From Parasitella parasitica NRRL 2501 (lineage: Eukaryota; Fungi; Mucoromycota): 64,000 bases of DNA. Under the pieces are notes generated by a model. It ran no database searches. It was not told the DNA's origin and saw nothing but the letters and a program-made list of their open reading frames with translations. The translations under genes were made by a program, and so were the position numbers. Location of the stretch: the NCBI GenBank assembly GCA_025201805.1, contig MU619293.1, forward strand, positions 7,613 through 71,612, written 5' to 3'. Positions within the stretch are counted from its first letter, which is position 1; every line of letters starts with the position of its first letter. Positions 10,597 to 23,575 of this stretch are shown here, piece after piece.

Positions 10597-13500
10597 TTAG
10601 ATTATGAACTTGGGCATTGATAGACTGCGAAGGGGTTGGGTCTCATGCAGCTCCAAGGCGTATAGCAGGCAAGATTTGGCTTGATCATAGTCACCGTGTT
10701 CTCTGTTGATCTGAGCATACAGATACCAAGCTTCAGCTGAATCCCACCCAAGGCCCAGTGTTATCTGCTCCAATAGCCCTTGGGCCAGATCAGATCCCAA
10801 AATGCCTGCTTTGGCTACCTGGCTGGGCACATGCTCTGGATCCAAAATCAACGCCTTTTCAAATGAGTCTTTTGCAACCTGTTTCATTTCACGGATGGCT
10901 TTCTTATCGTCCTGAGTGAGAGTCTGCTTTCGACTAATCGTGGCACCGACTTGCATGCTCAACTGGCCCAAGTGCCACCACACATTCGGGTCGCCTAAAC
11001 CTATCTGTTCGGCCTCGCTCAGTGCCTTGTTTGCTTCTTCCAAAAAGTTGGCATTCATCAATGTTTTTGTAGACATGAGCCACAAGGTAACTAATAGGCT
11101 GTGCCAGCGGGCTATTTTGCGCAATTCGAATGCTTGGTGATGCTGATGAAAAGAGCTGACCGTCAAACCTTTATTATCATGGCCGGATACGACAGAGGAT
11201 GATCTGCTACTGACGCTGTTACTACGAAGGCTTCCTATGGAATAAGATGGTGTGAACATCGACGCCAATGATACAGCACCTTGCCTTGACTCGTTTGTAA
11301 AAAAGGATCGCTTGCTCCCTGTATACTTTGCTGGATTCGCCGCAGCAGTGCCAATGCGCCGTGCCAACCCGAGGTCAATGAGTTGCAAACTGCGTCTCTT
11401 TAACTCGGCTGCCTCGTCTTGCTGTTGCGGATGTTGTACTACTGATTTGAAGGCGGGCCGGTGTTGCTTTTTCTGATGGCGTGAGTAGAATGGCTGTCTT
11501 GAAGCAGTTGAATCGTCAGATGAATTATCTGTTATGGACTCTGCGCGATGTGTAAGGGTTAAATACTTTACGCTGCCTTTGGATGCAACAGACAAAGATT
11601 TCGGACAGCCAGTAGCCTTGACAGTTGCAATACTGTCACCATCAGTTTTTGAGGTTACAAAAGTACGTCTAAATAGAGAAGCATTCGATTTTCTTCTCGG
11701 ACGACTGGCAGCCGAAAAGGCGCCAGTGTCGCTGCTTGCTAATGTCGTTTCAAAGAAACCCAATTGCTGTGTTAGTTGAGAATACAGGGAAAACAGCTCC
11801 TGATATTGGTGTAACACACTCTCAGGGCCTTTCCTAGCCTCCAGAATCGTCAACTGAGACATACGCATCGAGATCAATGACTCTGCTCTCTCAAAGACAT
11901 CACTTGCATTCGCCTCTTTTTTGGTCCACGAGTATGCCGGTAACGTACCAAGATACCAAGTGGGTTGCTGTTTTTCGGCTGCTTGGAGACCCAGTTCTAG
12001 CGTCTGAAAAGCCAACGACAGATTATCCGTCCTCTTGCACGAATACAACAAGGACAACAAATGCCACGAAGAAGAGTGGCAGGCATTAAGCTCAATAGAA
12101 CGTCGAATAGAACTAATGGCAGCATGAGTATCTCGCATCAATGCCTGCTGCAAACCTAGAGCGTAAAAGCTTTTCCAACACGCGCGATTGTGATCAATAG
12201 CATTTTGTAAACTGCTCAAGGCCGCTTGATGATGGGAAGCTCTATCCGTAGGATCTTTGCTTTGCGATGCTAATAAACCGTACGCGCATCCGCGTGCACG
12301 ACATATTTCTGACCAGTATGTCGTGTGCTTTGCTTGTAATAATAGATCGACGCCCAAGTCAGATAGGTAGGCTGCAGCTTCACCGTTTTGTTCCTCATGG
12401 CCATACAAGTAGATGCCAGAAAGAAGCACCTGGATGACTGAATCAACATTTTCATCTTGCATTTCTGTCAAGTGATTCAAGATATTTATTGCCGTGCTAG
12501 TAGTTGATAGGAGGGGTAGTTTAATGGTATTTTGAGAGGCGTGATTAGCATCGGGCGCAGCAACAACAAGTACAATATCTAGAGCGAAAGAAGGAGCCCC
12601 AACAAGATCAAGGTAAGCACGTAAAGCGTATTTTGACTCTTCAAGGCTCCCTAACCTCAACAATGTAAAAAAGATATATCTACTAATTGTAGGGTTGTTG
12701 AAAGTAGCTGCTTTGACTTGATAGAGATACTAAAGTATGCGTCAATTGTATAAAGTAGGGTATTTAGCAATGGATGCTTACTTTGAGTACGCTTTTGATA
12801 TGGTTTATGTCTCCCCAACCGATCGCATCATGTGCATTCATCATCATATGCGAGAGAGACAGTCCATATTGACATTGAACTTTAGTTGACAAATGCGAGG
12901 ATATAACCGTGAACAGATGCCTGAAAAGAGTCATCAGCGCTGCCAATTCATTGTATGCGGCGGCATGTTTCGATAATCTGTCAAAGCTTGAGCAAACACA
13001 AAATACTCAAGGCATATAAGGTATCGTACCTGGTATCTGTCACTGCAATAAAACTTTTATCTTGATATGTTTTCACGAGATATTCTACATAATGTTTGAA
13101 AATGACCCATCTTCTAAACATGCGCCAGTGGGGACTCCAATGAGAAGATACCAATTGTACATACGAACGCAGCATTGTTAGTGTTGCCTGGACAGAGTGG
13201 CTATTTATTTAAACATTTAAATATATAAAGGTTTGTTTCTCATATATATTCCCTTATTTATTTATTTTTTCTTATACCTTAGACGTAGCCTTAGTAAACA
13301 TCCATGATACAGGCATTCTTCGACCCAAAAAGACAGCATAATACCTCTTTCTTGGGGTTGTAACTTAGCTGCTTTCCAAGCAGCATCATAGGCTTCGATG
13401 GCAGCTTCAAAATCCTTTTGTTTCTCTAAACAAATACCCTTGATGGTTCTTGCTTGGATTAGCAATACTAGACCGTACCCTACCTTTACATCCTCAATAC

Positions 13501-14031
13501 GTAAAGCCAGATTTCGGAATGCAGCCAATGCCAGATAGTATTGGCCTGATTCAAAGTAGATCCTGGCCAATAAAATTTTGGAAAACTGTGGTATCATGGT
13601 CAACTATTGCGACATTAGGCAGATAAAATACCTGCCTGTACTTGCCAGTTGTCTGTCTTGCCCAAACCTACAAGTCCATTCTGATCAATATCGAGGAAAT
13701 TCAGCCGAGAAATTAAATGTTTGGCTTTTTTGAGATCAATTGCAGGTAATGATAGAGTATCATGCTGAGGGGAATCATGCTGGTGTACAATGTCCCAACC
13801 CCTTTTTTCAACACCTGTCGTTGATTTTAGCAGTTGAATCAAGTCAGCCTCGGTGCAAATGGTAGTATCCAGCACTAATTTACATTTAGCAGCAACTCGA
13901 ATTCTTTTGTCTGTTTGTATACCTTTATCCTGGGGGTTCATCTTTTTGGATAATTCGATTGCAGTAGACCATTGACCTCTACATCGAGCCAAATCAATTT
14001 CCTTTAATAATTGATTCGCTTTCTGATCCAT
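10597..14031 (-). CDS. TPR protein of the YPP1/TTC7 family (PI4-kinase scaffold)
   Basis: N-terminal EIDLARCRGQW, several TPR-like helices and C-terminal GWDSAEAWYLYA...ALELHETQPLRS; multi-exon. Confidence 0.75.
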
Positions 14032-14199
14032 CGAGAAACAAATAAAGAAACGTTAAATGTTTAATGCACTCACAATTTATAGGAATCTCGAGCTACATTT
14101 CGTAATATTACACGTGAAATGTTAGTCAAGCTAATTCGGCCAAAATAGGATTTCTGTGAATTTTTTTGGAGATTTTTATTACTATAAATGCCGCATAGA

Positions 14200-15023
<824 letters not shown>

Positions 15024-15985
15024 TTAATTTTCACACAGCAGCACTGCTCCCCAATCAGACACGCCCTTAAGAAAAGACACGGGTTGCCTGCTTGCCTACC
15101 TGCGGTAGAACGATTCACTTTCGGGCCAGCCAATCAACATTTTTCACTTGTGTAATACTTCAGCTTTTTGGAATTAGTGAGCAGCATGAGATCAACATCT
15201 TCAGTGTTGGATACACGAGAACTTTGTATACAAAGTGTTTTTTTTAACGTGTGCAAGCTTTTGGATCTGATGGCATAGTATACATGTAAGGTGACTAGAT
15301 GTACCTTGTTTGTTTACAAACATTTTTATTGTGTAATTGTGCATGTATCTCAAGGTGGGCATTTCTTTTCTCTTGAGATGTAATGGAATAGAAATAAAGT
15401 TTGTGAAAACAGTTGGTTTTTACGCTTGATCTTATATCTGAAAAGCCTTGTTAATGTGCTTGGGAAGCTGTTGATTTTATTGTTCGACCAATCGTTCATA
15501 TGATCTGCTCTGTCAAGCAGTTTAATCCATCATTGATATTTGCATCTTCCTGTCCTTTTGAGCTGAGGTTCACAGCATGTTCAAATGTGTTATCACAACT
15601 CATTTGAGGTATTATTCTGTCCGTTTCTATTTCATCATGTAGATTTTTGTCTACTCAAAACAGCACAATAACTTTTTCTTTTTTTTTTTTGGCTTAAAAT
15701 ATATCTTTACAAGTCAAATCTGTACCAGATACTATAGGTAAATCCGACTAAAATTATTAAAAATGTCCCTCTTACTTGAAATTCTTTTGTTTTCTTCTTC
15801 AAATTGGGATTATTGATTGAGCCGTGAACGCAAAGAGTAATTGGTCATAGTAAAGAGGAGGCGAGTGCAATTGAGAGAATTAAACTCATATTGTAAAAAG
15901 AGAAAAAACTGGCCAAAAGCTGTCAAGCCAAAAAAAAAAAAAAAAAAAAAAAGCTATTCAATTCTTTTAATCACTTCTGCAAACA

Positions 15986-16848
15986 ATGTCTGATAGGTAG
16001 GATGCAATTAGAAATTCAAAACGATTTACCAACCACATCCCTCGATACTAGTAACAAAGCCGTTCCTGCACCTATATATGTATCTGAAACTCTTTTAAAA
16101 AAGAGAAAGGCCAACGAGAAGGGGGCTGCCATCAAGGCCAAGCAAAGACTTGAATTAAGAAAAGTATGAGTTGCGATTCACATAGTTTGATCTGATATTA
16201 ACCCAGGTTACATAGGAAAAAAAGAAGCTCAGAAAGACTCAATTCATGCGTGCTGACGAATACATTCGTAATCGTCGTATGATTGATAAACAGGGTAAAC
16301 GTCTTCGTTCTATATCTTCTGGTAAAAGAAAGGGTTCAAATAAGAAGGGTGATGGAAAGCTGTTATTCGTTGCTCGCATCAAAACTGAAAACAGGATTCA
16401 TCCTCAAATCAAAAAAGCTCTTGCTAAACTTCGTTTGCTAAAAATGAATGCTGGTGTGTTTGCTGTCTGCGATGATGAGACAGTCAAGGATCTTCAAAAG
16501 ATTGAGCCATATGTTACTTATGGTGTTCCTAGTTTAAAAACTGTTCGTGATCTCATTATGAAGCGTGGTGCCACTATGAGCAAAGGTGTCCGCACCCCTC
16601 TCTCTGATAATACCATAATTGAAGAAGCTCTCGGTGATTTCGGTGTCATTTGTTTGGAGGATATTATTCATGAAATTGTTCAGCACGGCGATAATTTCAA
16701 TATGGTATCAAAGTTCTTGACTCCCTTCGATTTGAATGATCCTGCCAGAGGCTGGCGTCAAAAGAAGTTGAAGGAAATAGTTGAAAGAGAGAACGACGAA
16801 GAGAATACCGAAGATGACATTAACAAATTGGTTGAGGCTATGAATTAG
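15986..16848 (+). CDS. RLP7: Ribosome biogenesis protein RLP7-like (uL30/L7 family)
   Basis: VSETLLKKRK, IEPYVTYG.P, LSDNTIIEEALG..GVICLEDIIHEI, EDDINKLVEAMN; two short 5' exons. The sequence is more divergent than a canonical RPL7. Confidence 0.8.
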
Positions 16849-17666
16849 ATTTTGGACTTTTGTATATTTTTCGCTATCATTGCACTGCTTTTTTATTTTT
16901 ATTTTCCACAACCACCAGCACTCTTCAAACTATTATCTGATTATCCTTGTCATTATTAAATTTTATAAATTGCATTATCCTTAGAAAATGCTAATAGTCT
17001 TTGAAACTGATGTGATATCCACATTTGCATTTATATACAGTGCAACCTGTAAATTTTGTCCATTTTGAAAAAACAAATGGCGTTTATTGGAATATGAACA
17101 TCCATTGGAAAAAAATAAATGGTGTTTCCTCAAAATTAAATGTCGATTTCGACAAAAATAATTGTCATATTTAAAAGCACATATTGTCGTTACCAGAACC
17201 TATAATGCATCCTCCATAAATATTTTTTGTCTTGTTTTTTTTCTACACATTTGTTTCTTTTTTAAACTAGTTTTCCGAAGACACCATATATAAATAACTA
17301 TTCCCTTCAGAAAAGTACAGATGAAGAAAATTCGGAAGGACACTTCTACTTCTTGCTCTAAAGAGGAGTCTTTAAAGAACAGAGACGGTAAAGATACATG
17401 TTAATTTCTGATCAAAACGTTACTAATTTAAGCTATGATGGTAGACACATGAAAAAATTATAACCGACAATTCAGATGATGATTTTCAGCCATCAGTAAG
17501 CTTTAGAAAAAGAAGTATGTATAAGCACATTATATTCATAAGTGTTGAAGATTCAAAGCATTTTTAAACACCCATTACATAGGTAAACAAAGCAAGAAAG
17601 AGGGCCAAAGACGAAATTGGTAGCACAAGCAAGATCAGCTTTCGCAACACCAATGCTCAAGGTCCA

Positions 17667-20073
17667 ATGATAGGTGAATCAAGCAAGACTACACAACCAG
17701 ATAGTTTCATGAATGTACCCAATGTTACTACTTCCAAATCTGACTCTACTGCTACCAAACCTGGTTCTACAACGAAAAACTTTGACGATAAAACAAGAAA
17801 AAAGGTGATGACAGTGAAAACAACTATCAAAAATATATGGAAACCGAATATTTGCAGCCATTGCATAATCTAGTGAATACTACTCATACAGTCATCACTC
17901 ACACATTTGCTTTTTCAAAATACATGTTCTTGAAAGAACTGGCCACAAACAGCAATTTCAACTTGAATGAATTTGTGCGAAAAGAATTCTTTGTGGAAGT
18001 GTTCTTGTCTCTGATTGCCCAAAATACTACCCGCAGGTCTGCTAAGCTTAAAGACACGACTGCGGAGTACAGGAAGTTCATGGCAAAATATCAACAATCT
18101 TACTTGGAAAACGCGAATTATACTCCAATCAAACTGGTGAATGCTCAACAAATAGCACTATATGAGTGCACCAAGACCCAAACTGCCTATCTTAACAACA
18201 TAAAGACCCATTTTGGAAATAGATTGCGAACTCTACTAAATAAGCTCTGTGAAAAAAAAGAAAGAGCGGAAACCATCCGTAAAGAAATGGCGTCCAATGC
18301 GTTTAGTGAAGAAGCTATTAAAGAAGCGATACGACAAAAGGCTTACAATCCCTGTGACCAAGTTATACAAGCTGTAGCTAAAAAAGGTATGCCCAACGTT
18401 GATATTTTGAATGAATCATCAAAACCAAAAGTACAAACTTTCTTGTCGGCATACCCAGAAAATTACAAGTTTAAAATGGGCTCAATCTTCTACGATGTAA
18501 AGGCTAATCCAGAAAACCACTTCAAAGCCTTCGTTAAACTTGCTGAATTGTTTGAAGCGGTGCAGCTAAAGCAATTTTTCTGTTTCCCATTAAGAACGAC
18601 GTTTATTCCTTGCTACATGACGTTAGACAACAAGATTATCCACCACCATATTATTCAAAGCAAGAAACCTTTGATGCCAAGAAGTCAACTCGAGAACTAG
18701 GGATCTATAGTCAATCTTAAAACCAAGGCTTTTAAAAATCAAGGATCCTTAAGCTTCAAAGGTACTCTTGAAACTGATGGAGTTGGTGCCAGTATCATTA
18801 AACAGAACTGCGATACCTCCCGAAAAGGGCCGCCAGTCAAGAGTGATAAGAATGTAGCCGGTGATGAAACGAGATATATTGAAGATTTAACACAAGAAGA
18901 ATTGAAGGAACTAATGGAAAATGTGTGCTCATGGATCCAGGAAGAAGAGACTTGCTATACTGCATGAAAGAAACAAGCAAAACGAGCGACAAACAAACCC
19001 TAGTGTATTCTAACGCAACTCGAAGTAAATTATCAAGACATTTCAAAATGTTGCTGAAGAAAACCAAGCCAGAAGTTATCAAAGCTGCTGAAGCCACGCT
19101 ATCGGAAACCAAATCTTCTTCTGTAAACGTAGACAACTATGTGGAATACATTAAAACAAGAGGAAACCATAAAAACTGAAAAGATGTATTACCCGGATAA
19201 ATGCTTTTTGTTGAACGTTAATGATAAGGGTGACCTGTACTTTGGGAAACTATTCGTTGCAAGAATTCGCGGTTATTATCCTCAGACTTAGAATACTTCT
19301 GGCAATCATACACGTTTCCAAATTTATGCGTCTTACATACATATAATGCTTCAGCAGCCACATATATTAGAACGTTTAAGCGATGCCGCTAAAACCGCAA
19401 TTGTCAATCTTGCGTCGGAAATGCTGAGAAATTATCGAAACGACTTGAAACAACGTGTACATGATGTTTTACAAAGTTTACAGTTATTGCCATTCAGAAA
19501 ACTCAAGTTTTCAAGCAAATTATACTACGACAAAAATGATGCGCAGTTGGTAAACAAGTTGAAAACGAAGTTTGGATCGAATTCAGTTCTGGTAATTGGA
19601 AATTGGTCTGCACCAAACGTCAAATACCATGAACCAATTAGAAACGCTGGATTGATCAAGATGCTGCAAAAGAACGGTTTTAAAGTTAATCTCATTGGCG
19701 AATACAAAACATCTTCTCTCTGCCCAGGCTGTGGTGGCAAGCTCGATCAAAAGTTTAAAACAATCCGAAACCCTAGACCATATCAACGCCACAAAATGCC
19801 CATTGTAAAGTGTCATGGCCTAACAAGGTAAAATATATATATATATATATATATGCTCACGTAACATTGAATTATGAAGACTAACCTTCTTCAAGATGTC
19901 GAAGCAGTGTGTGTTCCAGCAATGAAAACCGACTATGGAATCGAGATCTTGCAGCTGTATTAAACTTCAGAAAGATTTTAATCTCCTTGAGGGAGACAGG
20001 CAGACGACCGACAATTTTCTCAAGACAACAAAGACAAAAACTTTCCACCAAGGTTAACGCCCTGGTTATTTAA
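17667..20073 (+). pseudogene. Fanzor1 (TnpB/Cas12-like RNA-guided endonuclease), disrupted
   Basis: ETDGVGASI; RuvC-I MDPGRRDLLY (D 18934); VLVIGNWS; RuvC-II GEYKTSSLCPGC (E 19700); HGLTR|CRSSVC across intron 19828-19895; RuvC-III LWNRDLAAVLNF (D 19945); GRRPTIFSR. Frameshifts at ~17845, ~18910 and ~19165; TAG at 18698 and 19289. Further upstream exons are likely. Confidence 0.92.
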
Positions 20074-20230
20074 TGCAGGCACGTACTTTTGAATCCAAAA
20101 CGACAATAATAGATGAGCTAACAGATATTTATTCTTAGGTTAGTGACATTTGTCTATTGCCAAACGACATTCATTTTTTTACTAACAACATTTATTTTTT
20201 TAAAACTGACAAAATTAATCAGTACAACTG
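19990..20230 (+). ncRNA. Candidate Fanzor omegaRNA scaffold region (boundaries unknown)
   Basis: Position expected from Fanzor/TnpB biology (ORF 3' end to element end). Small stems at 20047-53/20060-66 and 20087-91/20096-100. Confidence 0.4.
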
Positions 20231-21316
20231 TAGTGTTAATTTTAACCTCTTATTCTGCTGAATCCTAGCTGTAAGGGCAATGTTGCCCAAAGTTCATGCC
20301 GACAATTGATTGATAAACTTGGCGTGGGCTAGCTGTTGTAGGATAGCTCAAAAACTGTTTCAATTCGTTATTCTAAACATTCTTTCACTTGATATACCCT
20401 TATTAGAAATCATGATTTTTTTTTTCCAAATAGTGATTAAAAGCTTTGAATTAGTTGGAAAGGGTTAAAACAGTGTACGATACAACGCATTTTATACTGC
20501 TTCGTAGTGATAACCCTGTGTCATAGGAAAAATAAATACAATGTAGTGTTTGGGGTTCCACATTTCGTAAGTTGTCCTGTACGAATTTATTGTTAATATC
20601 CTGCTCAAAGATATCGTAATAAAGAACATTTCCCACATTTTTCCACAATCGTCTCATTTAATTTGACCTTTGTTAATTGAATGTAGCAAAAGGAAAAGGC
20701 AGAAATTGAATTTGCATTAATAGTAGCAGCAAATATTAGATTTTGACGCACGGAGGATGCAAATTGCTTCTTCAGCAGAATAAAAGGTTTGGTCTAATTC
20801 CGAATATTATTCGAGTTCACCAGATACTGGCAAGCATAAAGATTCATTGCATCAGCAAACCCTCATGCAGTATTATCATTTTCTCATCGCCCATTTTATT
20901 ATTGCGAATGCATGGTAGTAACTTCGTGATCCGATACGCCCTTCCATACGGTTCTATAGCTCTTTTTACATTGTCAATTTAAAGTTCTGAAGAATGCTCT
21001 TTAAAAAGTTCACAGGCCAATGTAGTATCTTCAGGGCTAAGATTCTTAAATAGCCCGCGCGAAATTTTGCTACCTACACATAAAACTCACTACATCAAAT
21101 CATGGCAGATCGATGATCAGCGTACCAGCTGCAAATCCCTGCTTCTTTGGAAAAACGATGGAAGAGGCCAATTGAGCTGGTGAATCCTGAAATCCCATAT
21201 GGCTTTGAGAGATATGGTCAGGTGTAACATTACTGCAACAAAGGAATTTGTTTCATAGCAACATTACTCCTTGATTCCTTTTTTTTTTTTTTTCCATTCA
21301 CTTTTTATCAACTGAA

Positions 21317-23063
21317 ATGAGTTTTATTACTGTAAAAGGCTCGCGATTTTATCAATATAATCAGCCTTACTTTATTAAAGGAGCAAACTATTGGCAAGGT
21401 ATAAACTTGGCAGCAGAGTCAACTTACGGTGGTGATAGAGATCGATTGAATTTCGAATTGGATCAATTACAAAATATGGGAGTGAATAATTTACGAATTA
21501 TGGCTTCATCTGAAGGACCAGATGATCAGCCTTATCGAATGAGGCCAAGTTTGCAGCCATATTTAGGTGAATACAATGAGAACATCTTCCAAGGTCTGGA
21601 TTACCTTTTGGATGCACTTTCCAAAAGAAAAATGACGGCCGTTAGCAAGTATTTAAGAAGAATCAGTCAAGTTTATTTTTAAATTAATATACATGCTTGT
21701 TCTATACATAGTGACCCTGAGTAATTTTTGGCATTGGAGTGGAGGGTATTTTTATCACACAAAATCTCCTTGATTTTCATAAGCTAAATAAATTAATAGA
21801 TTTGCACAATACATCGCATGGATTACACAGAAAGAAATTCCTTATCCCGTAACACGAGATAAATGGGATGAGTTCACAGAGTTTACATGCAAATTTTACT
21901 CGGATAACTCTACTATCAAAGACCAAGTAAATCGTCATTTCAAGAATCATATTAGAACAGTGCAAACAAGAAAAAACACTGTCAATGGCAAGATATACAA
22001 TCACGATGAAACCATTATGAGTTTGTGTTTGCAATGGCAAAATGTGTTTTGCATGAATTTACTAAAACACGTTATTATTAGGTTGGCAGATTGCAAACGA
22101 GCCTCAGTTTGCACCCAAAAAGTGGTTTGATGAAATTGCAGGTTTCATCAAACAGGGGTCTCCACATCAGCTTGTATCTGCTGGGATCGAAGCTAAAGTA
22201 GATCAGACTGATTTCTTAAATGCACATTCAACAGAATTCATCGACTACTGCACTTGTCATTGTTGGGTAGAAAAGTAAGTGTGGTGATATTTTTCCCTTT
22301 TTTGACTCATACGTTTTGATAACTACATACTCCATGTGTCAACTCCCTGATATAGAGTCTCCCTTTCTTTTTGACTCCTTTTGCACGCAAACAGACACAC
22401 AAAACTAGAACTGTAGCTTCCATTAGTCTTTCTTAATCTTGATTTTTATTCCATTTTCATGGGTTATACATCACTCCTTGTTTTGCATTGATAATACACC
22501 CCCCCCCAGCAACATCTCGGAAATTATTAACTTTTTGTACATTCTGCTCATTGTTTATAGTTGGGGAAAATATGATCCAAGTGATCCAGATCCAAACAAT
22601 TTCAAATCAGCACAAGCATATTTGCAAGAATTTATAACTAGTCGATCTCAATGGGCCTTTGATATTCAAAAACCTATAGTCTTGGAAGAATTTGGCATGG
22701 CAAGAGATGCATGGCGAAGTCCTTCCGACAATGCGTATAAATATGATCCGTCGACACCAACAAGCCACAAGGATCAATTTTATGAGGGGCTGTATCGACA
22801 AATTGAGCATTTATCATCCCAATCCCGTCACGGAGGGTCTAATTTTTGGGCTTATGGAGGTATAGGTCGCTCAACGGATGAACCTAATTCTTTTGGAATG
22901 ATATGGTTAGGTGGTATGTGCGTGTTTGTGTTTTTGTTTGCATGAATTATTGTGTAATGACTTGTATTCAGATCCACCGCATGAACCGAAAGGCTGGTAT
23001 AGTGTCTATGATGTAGACTCTACAGTGTCTGTCATCAAAGGCCACTGCTCTAGAATGTCATAA
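21317..23063 (+). CDS. GH5 (subfamily 7-like) beta-mannosidase/mannanase
   Basis: GANYW, LRIMASSEG, WQIANEP (acid/base), HCW, VLEEFG (nucleophile), NFWAYGG, GDPPHEPKGWYSV; no signal peptide. Confidence 0.9.
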
Positions 23064-23575
23064 TATAAAGCAATAGATTTGCTAGGCCATATTTCGCAAC
23101 TGATGGAGACAACAACAACATTAAAAGCAGTAATTGAAAGGAATAGGGGTGTTGGATTGGGCAGGAGAAAATAATAAAGAAATACAGGAGAAATGAAATC
23201 TGAACATGTGTAAAATAGTGTGAATAAATTGCGAACCGATCAGACTGCCGTCTACACACGGCTCTTCTCCTTGTCTTCTTTCAATTAGTATCGCTGTAGC
23301 GCCTTCCACTCAGAATTAAGAAGGAGATAAACCTCTTGTGTTTATGTACGAGGGCATTCCTATTGTAAAATCCGAATCTCAACAACCCTTTAATAATTTG
23401 AGACAAAAAATGCTCCTGACGATCGAATAATATATTATATAATGCCCCTCTTTCGACATGTAAAATGTAGATTTTTTCCCCTTATTTTTTTTTTTTTTTT
23501 TTTGTATTTAAATAACTGCCTTTATCTTCTCAATCCTTTTTTCATTTCCTATCCTTATATACATATTTCTACAAC

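Larger units (their letters stand above)
17038..20230 (+). mobile_element. Non-autonomous Tc1/mariner-like TIR element carrying a Fanzor1 gene
   Basis: Flanked by TA at 17036-37 and 20231-32. Left end CAGTGCAACCTGTAAATTTTGTCCATTTTGAAAAAACAAA versus reverse-complemented right end CAGTTGTACTGATTAATTTTGTCAGTTTTAAAAAAATAAA: 29/40 identical, with similarity extending ~80 bp. No DDE transposase seen inside. Confidence 0.75.

Noticed and set aside
20240-21300. Possible decayed coding sequence right of the Fanzor element
   Set aside because: Many stops in all frames and no recognisable motif; cannot be assigned.
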